Counted from the whole stretch's first letter, positions 1-12,375 are shown. The stretch is DNA of 63,849 bases, filler included, from Hausera hauseri (GCA_046269625.1; 12 parts of 12 records of this genome joined end to end with filler, not necessarily neighbours in it); one strand, 5' to 3'. Translations and numbers: made by a program. Notes: generated by a model from the letters alone, not told the origin.

Positions 1-129
1 TGATCAATTGGTGCGTAGGTGGACCCCCCCTTGGCCTCGAACTCTCTTTTTACCCCTACTGATGTCTGATGGTCGGAAACACCCTTGTGGTGCCGCGGTA
101 GCGGACACAACGCGTGTCCTCATCAAAAT

Positions 130-1680
130 ACTGGTCGAGTGAATGAAGCAACTCATAAACGGCAATATAGTGAAAACAAAGATGAGTTTGAAGACAGAGA
201 AACCATATTGTTTACTATTATGCTGTGGTTTTGGTTAAATTGATGCAGAATGAAAAGAAGTGGTTAGAAAGATTAAATTTAACTCCTGCTGCGAAAGATA
301 AATGCGGAGCTGTTGATGCTATTCTCAATGGTAGCATAAATGATTTTTTTAAACAATGGAAGGAAATTCTTAAAATGATGAATTGAGCTGAAGCAAAACA
401 TCAGTATCATAACGTTATAAACTTGATTTTTGTTTTGGAGAAATTTCTGGAAGTTAAAGTTGAATTACAGGATATTCTTCAAGTAAACATGGCTATTTTG
501 AATGGTTAGTACAGTTCAAATAGGTTACAATGGATAACACGCGAGGACAATTCTATACACTGTTGAATCGATTGACACAGCAAATCTATCAGTGTCTCGA
601 TGTTTGCATTGAATATATTAAGACTGAAAGGGTGGTTGGCTTAAATGGTTTATTAATACCAAAATATGCAACTGTTCACAAGTTGACAACAAATTCTGTT
701 AGATTTCTTGAAACTTTGTTAGCTCATGGAAACGTTACCGAACAGATTCTGTCAAACCTAAATGTTGCTGACAAGACTATTCCAACCAGCAAACCTGGGC
801 AAACACGAACACTGCATACGAAAAATTCTAGCAGCAACATTAATGGAGACAATAGTTCTAAAAATGCTCTCATAGAATATATCAACAAAGTTATTGAAGC
901 TCTCAATAAAAATATCACGAATATATCAATGAATTACAATGACGAGATTGCTAGAATAATATTTCAGATAAACAATCTCCATTACATCATGAAGACTATT
1001 AAGGAACATGACTTTTATGGAGGATATCAGATTTTGAATAAAGGTCATACGCAAATGCTCAGTCATTAAATCGCTCAAAAGAAATTTGTCTACGGGATTA
1101 AAGAAATACATTATCTATACTAAAGATGTTATTATTATTGAAAATTGTATCAGTTGAAGTTTGAAGTATATGTTATATATCGTTAAGTGTTCTAAAATTA
1201 CGTGCGTTTTACTTTTGGAAATATGCATGGACCTACGTTAAATTGGTGTCAGACAATATCAAACACTGTTGATTCTGATGAGAAAATGTGACCAATATTT
1301 TAGAAAACCTTTTAGGATTATCAGAATTTGATAGTCTAGTTTCAAAATCAATTGGAGAGAAATTAGATGGACAAAGAAATATCCTTCATATTGCAGTTAA
1401 CATGTGTCAAGCTATTTTGAATATAGAAGTTGATTGGAAAAGCGAATTTCTCAAGGAACACCAAGGAACGTTATTTGGCCAAACCGGGCGGATCTGATGA
1501 TGTATGTGCCGTCATCGGGTGATAGTATTAAGCTCCATTCTCTTTTATCTAATAGTGGTACGGCGATATCAAGTTCTACGATAAATTCGGTTTCTTATAG
1601 CGATGTACTGCGTACTGATCTCGCATCTACGAAATCAGGGTCGTTATTATTGTTGTGGTTGATCAACTTGGAAATCAAAA
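130..1680 (+). pseudogene. Decayed ORF fragments of an unidentified repeated family (possibly a large DNA transposon)
   Basis: Broken ORFs 530-1069, 1288-1497, 1434-1850. The block ~1275-1405 recurs in reverse complement at ~53765-53895 on another contig. Confidence 0.35.
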
Positions 1681-2299
1681 TGCTCAGCAAAAGTCTAGTT
1701 GAAATGCTATCGAAAACCTCAGAAAGAAAGAAACAATACTCGAGAGGTGTCGACGAGACCGGCGTCCATTTGATCAACAAGGATCATCCACTGTGGAACA
1801 CTTCAGATGTGTCCAAATTCGACATCCAGGACTCAGATATTCAAACTTAGGTGGGTGAAGTTTTTTTACTGATTTATGCCCACCGGTGCGGCCATGTTCT
1901 TTGCATTTACAAATCCTTCGTGGCTCACACCATCTTCCACTTTAAAAGGTTTTTCAGCTTAATATCTTTGGACACTCCTTTCCTCCCATCATAAGTTGCT
2001 ACCGTTATACCGGCTGCACGCCCATATCTCCTGTTAATAAGGAAGCAAACCGCACAAGCTTCTTTTGCATTTTACCATTATCCTGGTATTGCTTCGGTAC
2101 AACTCTCCTTCATTATCTTCAATAAAAATAAACACATAACGACCATTAAGGTTCCAATCAATTCCACGGCGCAGCTACTATACACCTTACTATCCTCCTT
2201 ACTCGACACTGCCAACTTCTATTTCACACATCGAGGTATCACTGTACATCCCGTTGACTCACTCTTATCTTTCGTATCAATTGAACGTCCAGTCATCAA

Positions 2300-3355
2300 C
2301 CGTATGCTCCATTTTCGCCTCCAGGATGGATCGGATGACAAATCCACGAATACTGGCAACATCTATCATTTGCCACACTCCCAACAGGGCCGAGTTTCGC
2401 TAAATTTGCCTTGTGTGGAGTTTTTCCTTGATAAAAACAACTCCAGCAAACCATGGCTTTAATTCCACCAACAGTGGCTAAAATCGAACAACATCACAGA
2501 TTCTTTTGTGCAAGCCAATAGCCTTTTAATTCTTCTGCCTGCCAACGTCAAGCAGCAGATTAATAATATCTCCGAGCTGCTACAATCCTCGACACCTTAC
2601 GAGACTCTCTGTGAAGCTGTACTGCATATCACGGATCCTTAGATTGACAGTATAATACAAAAGTACTTTAATGATCACGCAATAGGTAGCCAAAAGCCAT
2701 CTGACTTTCTCCAAACGGCCATTTTGCAGCTCATCGCGCTAGGCGTGACACCTACGAATAACGCGGATTTAATTCGCCGTTATTTATTATTGTCTTTGCT
2801 CACTGCAATCAGAGCTTTACTTACCATTGTCGACGAGTCCACTGCTATCGAAAAACTGGTAATAATGTCTGACAAATCCTTTGAGATTCTTCATACCAAC
2901 AGTTCCCTCCCTATTGCGGCTGCAACCACTTGTGCTCCAACTACAGACACAACATTTTTACTGAACAATTGTAAATGATGCAGTAACAGTTTGACAAGTT
3001 ACAGCAGTAGATTTCGGCCATTACTATCCAACTAAATAATCTTAATGGGCCTCGACGAAGTGAAACCAGACCTTCAAGGGAAAGAAGCATTTTCAGGCAC
3101 TCTGCTCGATCCATTTCACCTGGACGACGCATGGCTTGTTTCTATCACACGCCATTTCGAAGGAATGCTAGGAAGTGCTTTTTGGGTTTCCAGTTTTACA
3201 GCGAACGGTACGCTGTGGACAACCCTATTTGTGTCTACCACAATAAGTTCCAGTTACAAGCTAGATCATGCGTGCTTGGTTGTAAACATTACAACGATAA
3301 ATCTTCTCGCTTTTCTTCCTCTTCTTCCTTTTCTCCAAAACATTCAAAAAACTAA
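2300..3355 (+). pseudogene. gag: gag of the CsRn1-like element, with two tandem CHCC motifs, ending in the slippery site A-AAA-AAC-TAA
   Basis: SKPWL*FHQQWLKSNNITD...GSQKPSDFL; CFYHTPFRRNARKCFLGF and CVYHNKFQLQARSCVLGC; tcaaaaaactaa at 3344-3355. Confidence 0.85.
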
Positions 3356-3439
3356 TAACGCCGCCAGATTTTACGGCACATTCTGGCACAGGCAATATCG
3401 CTCAATCATCTGGCCATTTCAACACCGCCTCTGCAGTCT

Positions 3440-5310
3440 TTCTGTTGAAAGCTGTACTGTTATGCAGATATACTTCACATCGACTTCCTTATAGACTCAG
3501 GAGCTGCCTTTTCTCTCCTTCCCTTGACATTTGTTCCTACATCGACTATGATTTCCTGTCCACCACTTTTTACTGCCCGTGGTCAACCGCTGTATGTTAT
3601 AGGAACCACGAAAATGACTTTCACTTTCGCCAACTTGCCAGGTAAGTTTGTCTGGAAGTTCCACGTTGGAAACATTAAATCTCCCATAATAGGCCCCGTT
3701 TTTCTTGCAGCACATCATCTATTGGTCGATTGGAAATACAGCTGTCTTTTAAGCAGGATGTCGATTGAAACCCCAAACATGTGTCTCGTAGACAACTTGG
3801 CCAGAAATTCGTTGCACTCATCTGTGAACATGTTGAACGCTTCGTCAACTATAAAAAAATTCCGATAAAATCGGTATATTTCAGTTATGAACGACAATCA
3901 TAAATCTATTCTAAAACAAAAATCTAAATTAGGCGCCGATAGTAGCGATGCCAGTTGCTTTTCGTCAATCACCTGAGCTGTTCTCTCTAATGATATACCT
4001 CATTCATTCTTGTCTCTAGACTCCAATCTTAAATCATACGTCACAACGTCTTGCTTTCGCATAGTTAAAAGGGAAGTCAACTTCAAGCCTCCATCCACAA
4101 CTTATCATCACATAGTATCAGAGTATCAGAGGCAGATCAAACAAAAGGTCAGACCTCTGTCAACAAGAAGGCCTAAAGTTGTGGAACAGGAATTTAATGA
4201 ACTGGAAAGATCTGGCATCATTCGGAGATCGAACGCGCCCTTGGCTTCTCCTCTTCATGTAGTGGTAAAGAAAGATGGAACCTATAGGCCATGTGGCGAC
4301 TATCGACAATTAAACAATATAAAACTATTACAAATGCCTATCCACTACCACTCATTAAAGATATTCTTCATAGCCTCAACAACACTAATACTTATTCTAC
4401 CATTGATTTGCACAAAGCCTACTATCAAATTCCTGTTGCCCCTGATGACATTCCAAAAACTGCTGTCATCACACCATTTGGTCTTTACGAGTAAATCTTT
4501 ATGCCTTTCGGACTTCGTAGCGCATCTCAGACCTTTCAGCGCCACATTGACACCGTTCTTTCTGGTCTTAATTTTACTCACCCATACATGGATGACATAT
4601 TAGTCGCTTCCAGCTCCATCAAACAACATCACGGGCACCTTAGAATTATTTTCTACAGATTGAATCAAAGCAACCTGCAAGTTAATTTCGCCAAATGCAA
4701 TTTCTTCCAGAAACGTGTCAACTTCTTAGGCCACATAATTGCTCCCGAAGGGCATTCGCCCCAGCCTGATCGCTTACAACAATTAAAAAATGTAACGTTG
4801 CCAACCACTACTACCGATTTGAGGAGTTTTCTAGAGACATTGCATTTTGTACACAAATACGTCCCACACTGATCCGAACTAACGGCACCTTTCGCACATC
4901 TCTCATCTGGGAAGAAAAGACAATTAATCCATTGGACTTCTGATCTAGTAAACCAATTTGATCGCCTTCGTGAAGGTCTGAAAACTGTTGAAATCTTGAC
5001 CTTTCCAAAACCAAACGCTGAACTAATATTAACAACTGATGCCTCTACCAGAGCAACTGGTGCGATATTACACCAAATATACAATGGCGTCTATGAAGCA
5101 TTAGAATTCTATTCCAGAAAGCTCACGCAACCGCAAAGCCGATACTAAACATACGGTAATAAACTCTTGGCTGTAGTTCTAGCGGTAAAGCATTTCAAGC
5201 ACTAGCTTCTTTCACGTCAATTTACCATCCAAACCGACCATAAACCTTTACTTCACACAATGACTTTGAAACAGTCCTCACCCAGACAAGAATGACAGAT
5301 ATCACACCTG
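3440..5310 (+). pseudogene. pol: pol protease, reverse transcriptase and RNase H (frameshifted)
   Basis: DSGA; [24 protein letters not shown]; IDLHKAYYQIP; MPFGLRSASQTFQR; YMDDILV; TTDAS; TDHKPL. Confidence 0.92.
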
Positions 5311-6720
5311 ATGACGTTTAGTTTTTCCATAAAATATATTTCAGGTACCGAAAATTTAGTAGCAGACTTTCTTTCGCGGTCGGTTAACTCAATTACAGTT
5401 CAGCCAATTTTCTCCTCTGAGGTTCTGAGAAGCAATCAGCCATCATCTGATATTCTCCAAGCTTTTAAATCTGTTGAAATCATCGAAGGTATCGCTTATG
5501 ACACTTCCAACTCGACCAACAAAAAAATCATTCTTGCTCCATCGCTACAAAAGGCAGCTTTCGATCACTTTCATTCTCTTAATCATCCGCGTTCAAAAGC
5601 CACATTTTGTCTACTGCAGCGCCACGTTGTATGGCCAACTATGCGTATCGATGTACAGATCTGGGTCAAGGGATGTGTAGCATGTCAAGAATACAAGGTT
5701 TATAATCACCACAAACCACCACTATACCACTTCCCTTGCACTTCTCGTTTTGAAACCGTGCATTTGGATCTTGTGGGTCCTCTACCTGCCGACAATGGTT
5801 ATCAATATATCCTATCCATGATAGATCGCGCTTCTCGCTGGTCGGAAGCCGTTCCGCTTCGATCAACCAACACTGACTCAGTGGCTGATGCATTTATCAA
5901 GATATGGGTCAGCCGTTTTGGTTCAACACGTCACATCATAACGGACCAGTGTCCGCAATTTGAATCTGATCATTGCAAACCTCTTGTAAAGCACTTGGGA
6001 ATAGCGCATCTTCATACGACGCCGTACCATCCCCAAGCAAATGGTTTTCTCGAGAGATTTCATCGCACCATGAAGATTTCCTTAATAATCCTGGCCAACA
6101 ACAATCATAACTGGACCTCAGTTCTTCCTCTTGTCCTACTGGGTTGGCGCAACACACCATCCATCACTACAGGCTGTGCTCCAGCTAAGGCTATCTTTGG
6201 GACACCAGTTCGTGCACTATTTAAACTCTCCAATCTCGATGAAAGTCCGTCAGATGAAGTTATTTGTGCGGCACAGTCCCACTTTGATGATGTAAACTCG
6301 AATGCCTTCTGCCGTTTTATAAACAGAGACAAATCTTATATCCCAGAGGACTTATACTCATCAACGTTTTTATGGCTGAAGGATCGGTCACCTTCTGGTT
6401 TTCGGCCTCAATACGTTGGACCTTACAAACTACTCAATCTTTCTTCACATACTGCTACTATTTTACGTAAGGACAAACCCCATAACGTACACATTTCTAA
6501 TCTTAAGCCAGCCTTCTTTGTTGACAATGACCAGAATAACAGCATTGTTTCAAATCCCAACTCTAATTTCTCTACCCTCGAGCCATCGTCTAATTTCCTT
6601 GATGATTTTAATCATTCGCAGCATTCACTCTCGCGTAACAATCAACTCTCTTCACTTTGTCAACATACAGTGCTCTCTCACCATCTGCCTCTCCGTTATC
6701 GCCTGCACATCCACTACTGA
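5311..6720 (+). CDS. pol: Gypsy integrase (HHCC zinc domain, rve DDE core, GPY/F motif)
   Basis: 469-aa open frame: HSLNHP...CVACQ, VHLDLVGPLP, IITDQ, QANGFLERFHR, QYVGPYK, VHISNLKP. Confidence 0.93.
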   Translation: MTFSFSIKYISGTENLVADFLSRSVNSITVQPIFSSEVLRSNQPSSDILQAFKSVEIIEGIAYDTSNSTNKKIILAPSLQKAAFDHFHSLNHPRSKATFCLLQRHVVWPTMRIDVQIWVKGCVACQEYKVYNHHKPPLYHFPCTSRFETVHLDLVGPLPADNGYQYILSMIDRASRWSEAVPLRSTNTDSVADAFIKIWVSRFGSTRHIITDQCPQFESDHCKPLVKHLGIAHLHTTPYHPQANGFLERFHRTMKISLIILANNNHNWTSVLPLVLLGWRNTPSITTGCAPAKAIFGTPVRALFKLSNLDESPSDEVICAAQSHFDDVNSNAFCRFINRDKSYIPEDLYSSTFLWLKDRSPSGFRPQYVGPYKLLNLSSHTATILRKDKPHNVHISNLKPAFFVDNDQNNSIVSNPNSNFSTLEPSSNFLDDFNHSQHSLSRNNQLSSLCQHTVLSHHLPLRYRLHIHY

Positions 6721-6832
6721 TTTCACCTTCATCGCACCATTCACTGCTATCTCCAGTTTCATATTCTTCACGTGATTCTTTTCCTTTTTCAGCTTCTTCG
6801 CCACTTTCACCTCATCATGAGGCATCCTCCCA

Positions 6833-6932
6833 NNNNNNNNNNNNNNNNNNNNNNNNNNNNNNNNNNNNNNNNNNNNTTAATTAATTAANNNNNNNNNNNN
6901 NNNNNNNNNNNNNNNNNNNNNNNNNNNNNNNN
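6833..6932. other. Artificial contig linker (44 N + TTAATTAATTAA + 44 N). Identical linkers at 11183-11282, 16161-16260, 21706-21805, 26969-27068, 31576-31675, 35752-35851, 40533-40632, 44855-44954, 49065-49164, 59448-59547
   Basis: Eleven identical 100-bp blocks with a six-frame stop cassette. Adjacency across them is not biological. Confidence 0.99.
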
Positions 6933-7499
6933 AAAACAGAAATCGAGATTATATGGAATGCGATCTGTCAAGAATATCCAGTAATAATGCAGATTCCACT
7001 TGCCAGTCGACCGTCCATGAATCATCAGATGGAGGAGGGGATGTTGATACAATAATTAGGAAAAAAAATCAACGAATAATTATCACAAACACACAATGGA
7101 AAAATATGTATTGATTGTTGTATAAAATGTCTAACGTGTATATTGATGATGAATTAAAGCAGCTGAAAAACAATTTAGCGTATCATCTTCATTATCAATT
7201 GACTCATAAACAGACTCATTGGAAGATCTAAGAATCCCTTGAGTATCACTTATCAATGGTGACATTGCTATCGAACTAGAATTATGATTCTGCATCCCGT
7301 AATAATTATTGTTGATCATCGAGAATCGTTGAATGGTGGTTTCGAGATTTAGTGGGATTAAGTTTTCAGGATAGTAGTTTCTGAGATTGTACGTGATCTA
7401 GATATATCTAATGTCCACATGATATCGGGTATGTCGATATGAGTTTAATTGATATTCGTAATAATGGTAATTGAGATCCACATAATCAACCATCAAAAC

Positions 7500-8340
7500 T
7501 CGTATTTGGAATGAATAAGTACATGAGCGTATGTTACTATTAATAATTGCGTGTCACCCCTTTTCAGTAAGCAAAGAACGTCATCTAGCACTTCTTCAAC
7601 TTTCCCCTAATGTATTAAAGTCTTTTGTCTACTAAATTCGATTTCGACCTTATATTTGAACTCCTCATTAGGTTGGAGAGTAAGTACTGTAGATAGAGTT
7701 GGTTTATGTATATGTGGCCGCAACCACGGTTCACTCTTTGTGTGTTGCAAATTTAGAAGTTTGGTGGTAAATTGATAATTTCACAGAGGGGTGAAACAAT
7801 ATTTTATTAAAATCAATCAAAAAAACCAGAACCTAAATATGACTGTTTAGCGGATGAATTCGATCGTGATGATTTGCCAACAATGAAATTCCGCAAACTA
7901 CTCCAATGACGGAAGCAACCGACTGAGTCTCGATGTTTTCAGTATTTTCGTTGACAATTCATCATCGAATGTAATATCACAGGATTCCATAAATGATCGA
8001 TCCTGTGAATTAACAAACGATTTTCGACTACCATCTACAGTCGGTCTACTGTCAATTCTCGCGACGAGCGTTCGGTTACTTTGTCCATAAGTACCGCGAT
8101 TGTAGAGAGTATTGAAATATCTCAATGACGCATTGATTTGTGTGAAATAATCGGAAACAAGATTATACGGATTCGGTTCCTGATGCTTTATAATCGGTAG
8201 GCCGCTGTGGTCATAAAATTTTTTGTCACAAATGCAGATTTTTGTCCATCGGCTAAAATATCAACAATTACGGGATATTGATTTTGATCACGTTGCTTTT
8301 TTATTACTGATCTCGAACTTATGATTACAAAATATTCTAC
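7500..8340 (-). pseudogene. Frameshifted fragment of a possible single-pass membrane protein gene
   Basis: Joinable minus-strand ORF pieces ending in a hydrophobic stretch (SVASVIGVVCGISLL, ~7880-7930). No family recognised. Confidence 0.25.
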
Positions 8341-9522
8341 GGCACGTAAGACATACGATAGCGAAAATGATGACATCACATGATTAATAAGTGAAATTAG
8401 TTATAGATTTTATAAAAATGCTAACAAAGATTACAACGGTTCTTCAGCTTTTTGACTGTTCTTTAGTACATTAGGTGACAGAATGCTCCAATTTGACAAA
8501 AAAAATTCAAGGGTAAACGGTAGAAATCGAATTTAAAGCTGTGTGAATGATCATGAAAAGTAGAGATATTGAGTCATCATGCGACAGTAATTGTTACGTC
8601 AGATATTTTGATGCACATATTTAGGAGTTATAGAATCATTTTGGTATCAGAATTATTCTTTCTATTAGAATAATACATGTCGTATACAGGTATGTGTTAT
8701 TAGATATTTCATGAAAAAATGTATTTTCCACCGATAGTTGATATTTTGTGATGCATTTTTACTGTGAAACATATATGGTGCTTTGATGCAATTTCTAATG
8801 CAAAATATTGTAAAATGACGTGTATGCGTGCATATCATATTTCAATTATATAAATGTAAAATTAACCAAAGTTTGTATTACATTTGGTTGGCTAAGACAG
8901 AATTCGTGAGATTTTTATTGTTTCTTCAATGTTCAGATTTTCATTTTCAGCACAGTATGATTATAGATATCAAATCCTCATGGCATTATTAACGTACGTG
9001 ACTAATGCACGATTGGAAGTTGCACACAACAATGATAATTTCCTTGTAAGAGAAAGAATTTTAGAACAAAATACTGCATAATTTTCAGAATACAAACCGA
9101 GCAGTTAAAAAAAATAAATATATGAATTATTAGGTTGTTTCGGATATCTTGATTTAAACATAATATGGGTTTTGAAAATATTTAAATTAAAAGTCTGCCC
9201 CAAGATATATATTAAATTCTAACTGTTGAAGCAGCCACAACTAATAAAAAGCTATACGGGTTTACCATAATTTGTCAAATTTGGCGAACTGATAGTTTTA
9301 TTCTGTATTTTTATTTCATAAAGATCTTGTTACATCATTTGCATTTTATTATTTCGCGATTAATTGCACAAACTAAACGACATAAAATAAACAGTGTAGT
9401 GTTGATTTGTCCTAATCTTTGCATTTTGACATTAAAATTTCATCGATGGTAATCCATACCGATGTATATAAAGAATTGTGGTATTGGTCATATCATTTTA
9501 AATTCCCAGATAATTTATCAAA

Positions 9523-9850
9523 ATGTCAACCGGTAATATTAAGAGATTATTGTATTTTGTAAACTTTTTAAGCTCAATTCGGAACATTTACCGTAAAATC
9601 TGACTTAGCTCAGATGGCAAAAGGAGGCTTAATTATAGATGTTGTTAACGTCGAACAAGCCCTTATAGGAGAAGAAGCCGGAGTGAGTTATAATTTTGAA
9701 TACATTGTGTAGAATTAAATTGGCTAACTGAAGTGTGTTTCGGCATAGGTGTTTCACTATCGAAACTCGTGCACTTAAACCCATAATACGAATACAAAAA
9801 TATTTTGACAAATTGACTCCAGGCGTGTGAAATCAGAAATTAGTTTGACG
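9523..9850 (+). pseudogene. PDX1: Pyridoxal 5'-phosphate synthase subunit PDX1/SNZ, 5' exons, decayed downstream
   Basis: ATG at 9523, 40-nt GT-AG intron 9533-9572, exon 9573-9682: [40 protein letters not shown] (cf. consensus VKxGLAQMLKGGVIMDVVNxEQARIAEEAG). The next probable exon (9823) begins AC but hits TAG. Confidence 0.82.
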
Positions 9851-10248
9851 GTGCGTGTGATTTTATTTCTTTTTTAGTATTTCATACTCGATGTTTGGAT
9901 GGAGAATTTAAAATTGATGTCTGAAAGTATTTTCTTGATGTTTAATTTAACGAGTATTTGAATTTATACATTTATGATTATGAAATTTCATATCAGTCAT
10001 AATATTCTCTTATGATTTCTTTCCTTAAATTTACAATAATTATTCACATTTTAGACCATAATAACACGATGTTATTGTGAAACGAACGAGCAAATTGTAT
10101 TCAAAATGTCATGACAATATGTGTAGAATCATACACATTAGTGTGATTGTGTGTATCATATTTGCTCTCAAATTTTTTTAATTTGCTCATTTATATTTGT
10201 TATTTATTTATATTTATATTTTTATTATTTATTTATATTTGTTATTAA

Positions 10249-11182
10249 GGAGTGTGGAGAAATTGACCTTATTTCGGATCTGGTTAATGAAAGCCAAATA
10301 TTTTCAGACAGACAGTTAATTGAAGAACTATTAGAAGAAGAGGATAGAAAAGTTAGTAGACTTATTCTTGTAATCTTTACGAATGTAGTTTTATAATTTT
10401 AGTGACGCCAACAATGATACTTTCTTCAATGGTCAAGAATACAGAAACTTAGAAGCCGAATGTGGTTATAACGCAGAAAATTTATTGAATGAGTTAGAAC
10501 AATATGAAGATGGTGACAGTTTTACTCCATTTATGAATTTTAAACGACTTGCGTCTAAAATGACGGATATCACAAACTGTCAAAAATTAATTTTTAAGCG
10601 CATGACATCAAAAGGTCAAGATTCGAAAATACCAACTAGTGCTTTGGTTATTTGTAAGAATTTGAATAAAAAATGTTCATATATGAAATAAGATAATTTA
10701 AACTATAGTTTTAATTATATTGTATTTTTACTTAAAGTACTTTCAATGGCTTTTTTTATGTTAATAACATTTGCGTCATTAACTATATGCGATTAATGTT
10801 TTATTTTCAACTAGATTCATTTTTCTAATGCTTTTTCCTAAGTTGATTAGTAATTTCTATAATGTCAATTATAAAACAGAAACCAAAATATTTCGTATTT
10901 TAGTCTTTACAACAAATATAAAGTTCATTTCATGGACATTATCTTAAAATAACCTTGATATCATATATTAGATGCTCTAAATTAGGTTATTATTGCTTAT
11001 TAATTGCACAATTTACAGATAATTACAAATTTTATTATGAGCATCAACCAGACCCATTTGATAGTACAAGATTCAGAATGTGACCCGATCGACAACGTAT
11101 TTGGGTCGGTCAATTTGTTTCGGACATTGATTACGCTTTATGAAGTATGAGTCGGAAAGAACGAGTTCTATTCGTTCTCGAT
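10249..11182 (+). pseudogene. FKBP6: FKBP6/shutdown-like inactive PPIase (piRNA co-chaperone), partial, with in-frame TGA codons
   Basis: Exons ~10249-10351, 10403-10653, 11019-11182: TPFMNFKRLASKMTDIT..IFKRMTSKG..IPTSALVI|YNYKFYYEHQPDPFDSTRFRM*P...DYAL*SMSRKE. This matches the FKBP6/Shu FKBP domain (YLEHMDRPFDS; AVRSMR). Confidence 0.8.
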
Positions 11183-11282
11183 NNNNNNNNNNNNNNNNNN
11201 NNNNNNNNNNNNNNNNNNNNNNNNNNTTAATTAATTAANNNNNNNNNNNNNNNNNNNNNNNNNNNNNNNNNNNNNNNNNNNN

Positions 11283-12375
11283 CAATTCTGGGTTGGCGTA
11301 TATGAGAGCCAATTTTGTCCTTATGATTTAGGTATTCAATTTGCAGTCATTCGTTATCATTTTGTGATATAATTCCATTATTACGGCTTGTCCTTTGTAA
11401 CAGAAGTAATCGTCTCTGTTTTTTAGGTAGTCCTCGATTCGGACGTCCTGAGTTTTTAGTTTGTAAGTCCTTGCGTTTATTTCTGTCTCTGCGACAAAAA
11501 ATGCTTCGTGGTTGGTGGCGAACATTACTACATCACAACGGGAGATCATTGCATACTTGATGAATTTTAGTCCATGTTGATCAGAAATTAATATAGTTGA
11601 CGTAGAGTGTTCTGATACATCCTCGCGAGTTCTTGAGTTTGTATCTGATTTATCCGCATATCACTTTCCGGTAGTTTCGTTAAACTTTAGTTCTTTAATT
11701 TTAATAAAATTACAACTTTTTCCAGAGTGAGGTTCCCATATTATAACCGAGCTTCTGAAAACACAGGTACCGTCTTGTATGTGACATTTTTGATTCTCAG
11801 TATATAACTTGGTAACACAATGGGACATTATCTTCTGTGATCGCATTTCTGATTCGTAAAAATCCACAACCACCACGTTTGATTCTAATTCTTTTCCGGT
11901 ATCGTATTCTGCTCCACTACAATGTCCGCTATGCATATCTAATTTCCCGGCTACTACTTTGTAGACCCTAATTATTTTTCCTGGTTGCATCTCCAACTCC
12001 ATATTGTCCCACTGTATCCTTCCAGTCTCTCTGGCTTGTTTGCAGTGCTGTCGTTTTAAATTCATCGGAATTAGTGGAGTGGTTGGCTTGATTATGGAGG
12101 AATGTCCATGTATTAATCCACAGTGAAAGATACTACGAGATCGTCTCAACATACATTCCATGCCGTCCATCGATATCAATTCTTGTTGTTGGTATAGGAA
12201 ATAGTTCTTTTCTTTTGTTTCCAGTTTATGTGGTCTGGCATACTCACATGCTTCTAAATCCATTAGTGAATATTTTTGTCCAAGCTTAAATCTATCACAG
12301 TCGTAGACGGTAACAGCACCCATGTGTTTTACCAGCATCATTATGGTAAGTAGGCTGACTAGCCAATTTGATTTG
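11283..12375 (-). pseudogene. env: Chuvirus-like / herpesvirus gB-type (class III) envelope glycoprotein ectodomain, truncated at the contig end
   Basis: Signal-like WLVSLLTIMMLVKHMGA, then VYDC..YSLMDLEAC..EC..RSRSIFHCGLIHGHSS..C...TG..VAG....GHCSGAEY...NVVVV..C...DGTC....IIW..C, then FATNHEAFF..IEDYLKNRDDY..LYHKMITNDC..KLALIYANP. The cysteine spacing is typical of chuviral G. Two in-frame stops. Confidence 0.87.

Larger units (their letters stand above)
1850..6832 (+). mobile_element. Degenerate Ty3/Gypsy LTR retrotransposon, CsRn1-like clade (gag-PR-RT-RH-IN), cut by the contig end
   Basis: Gag with C-X2-H-X9-C-X3-C motifs; protease FLIDSGAAFSLLP (~3487); [13 protein letters not shown] and YMDDIL; RNase H LTTDAS; integrase after RH (Gypsy order). 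Many stops and frameshifts. The 5' boundary is approximate. Confidence 0.93.

Noticed and set aside
10249-11182. Genome-wide TGA reassignment (alternative genetic code)
   Set aside because: Other decayed genes show TAA, TAG and frameshifts, and the spliced kinase needs no readthrough. Ordinary pseudogenisation explains the pattern.
9523-11182. PDX1-FKBP6 fusion gene
   Set aside because: No open spliced frame connecting them could be built; PDX1 similarity ends in a stop.
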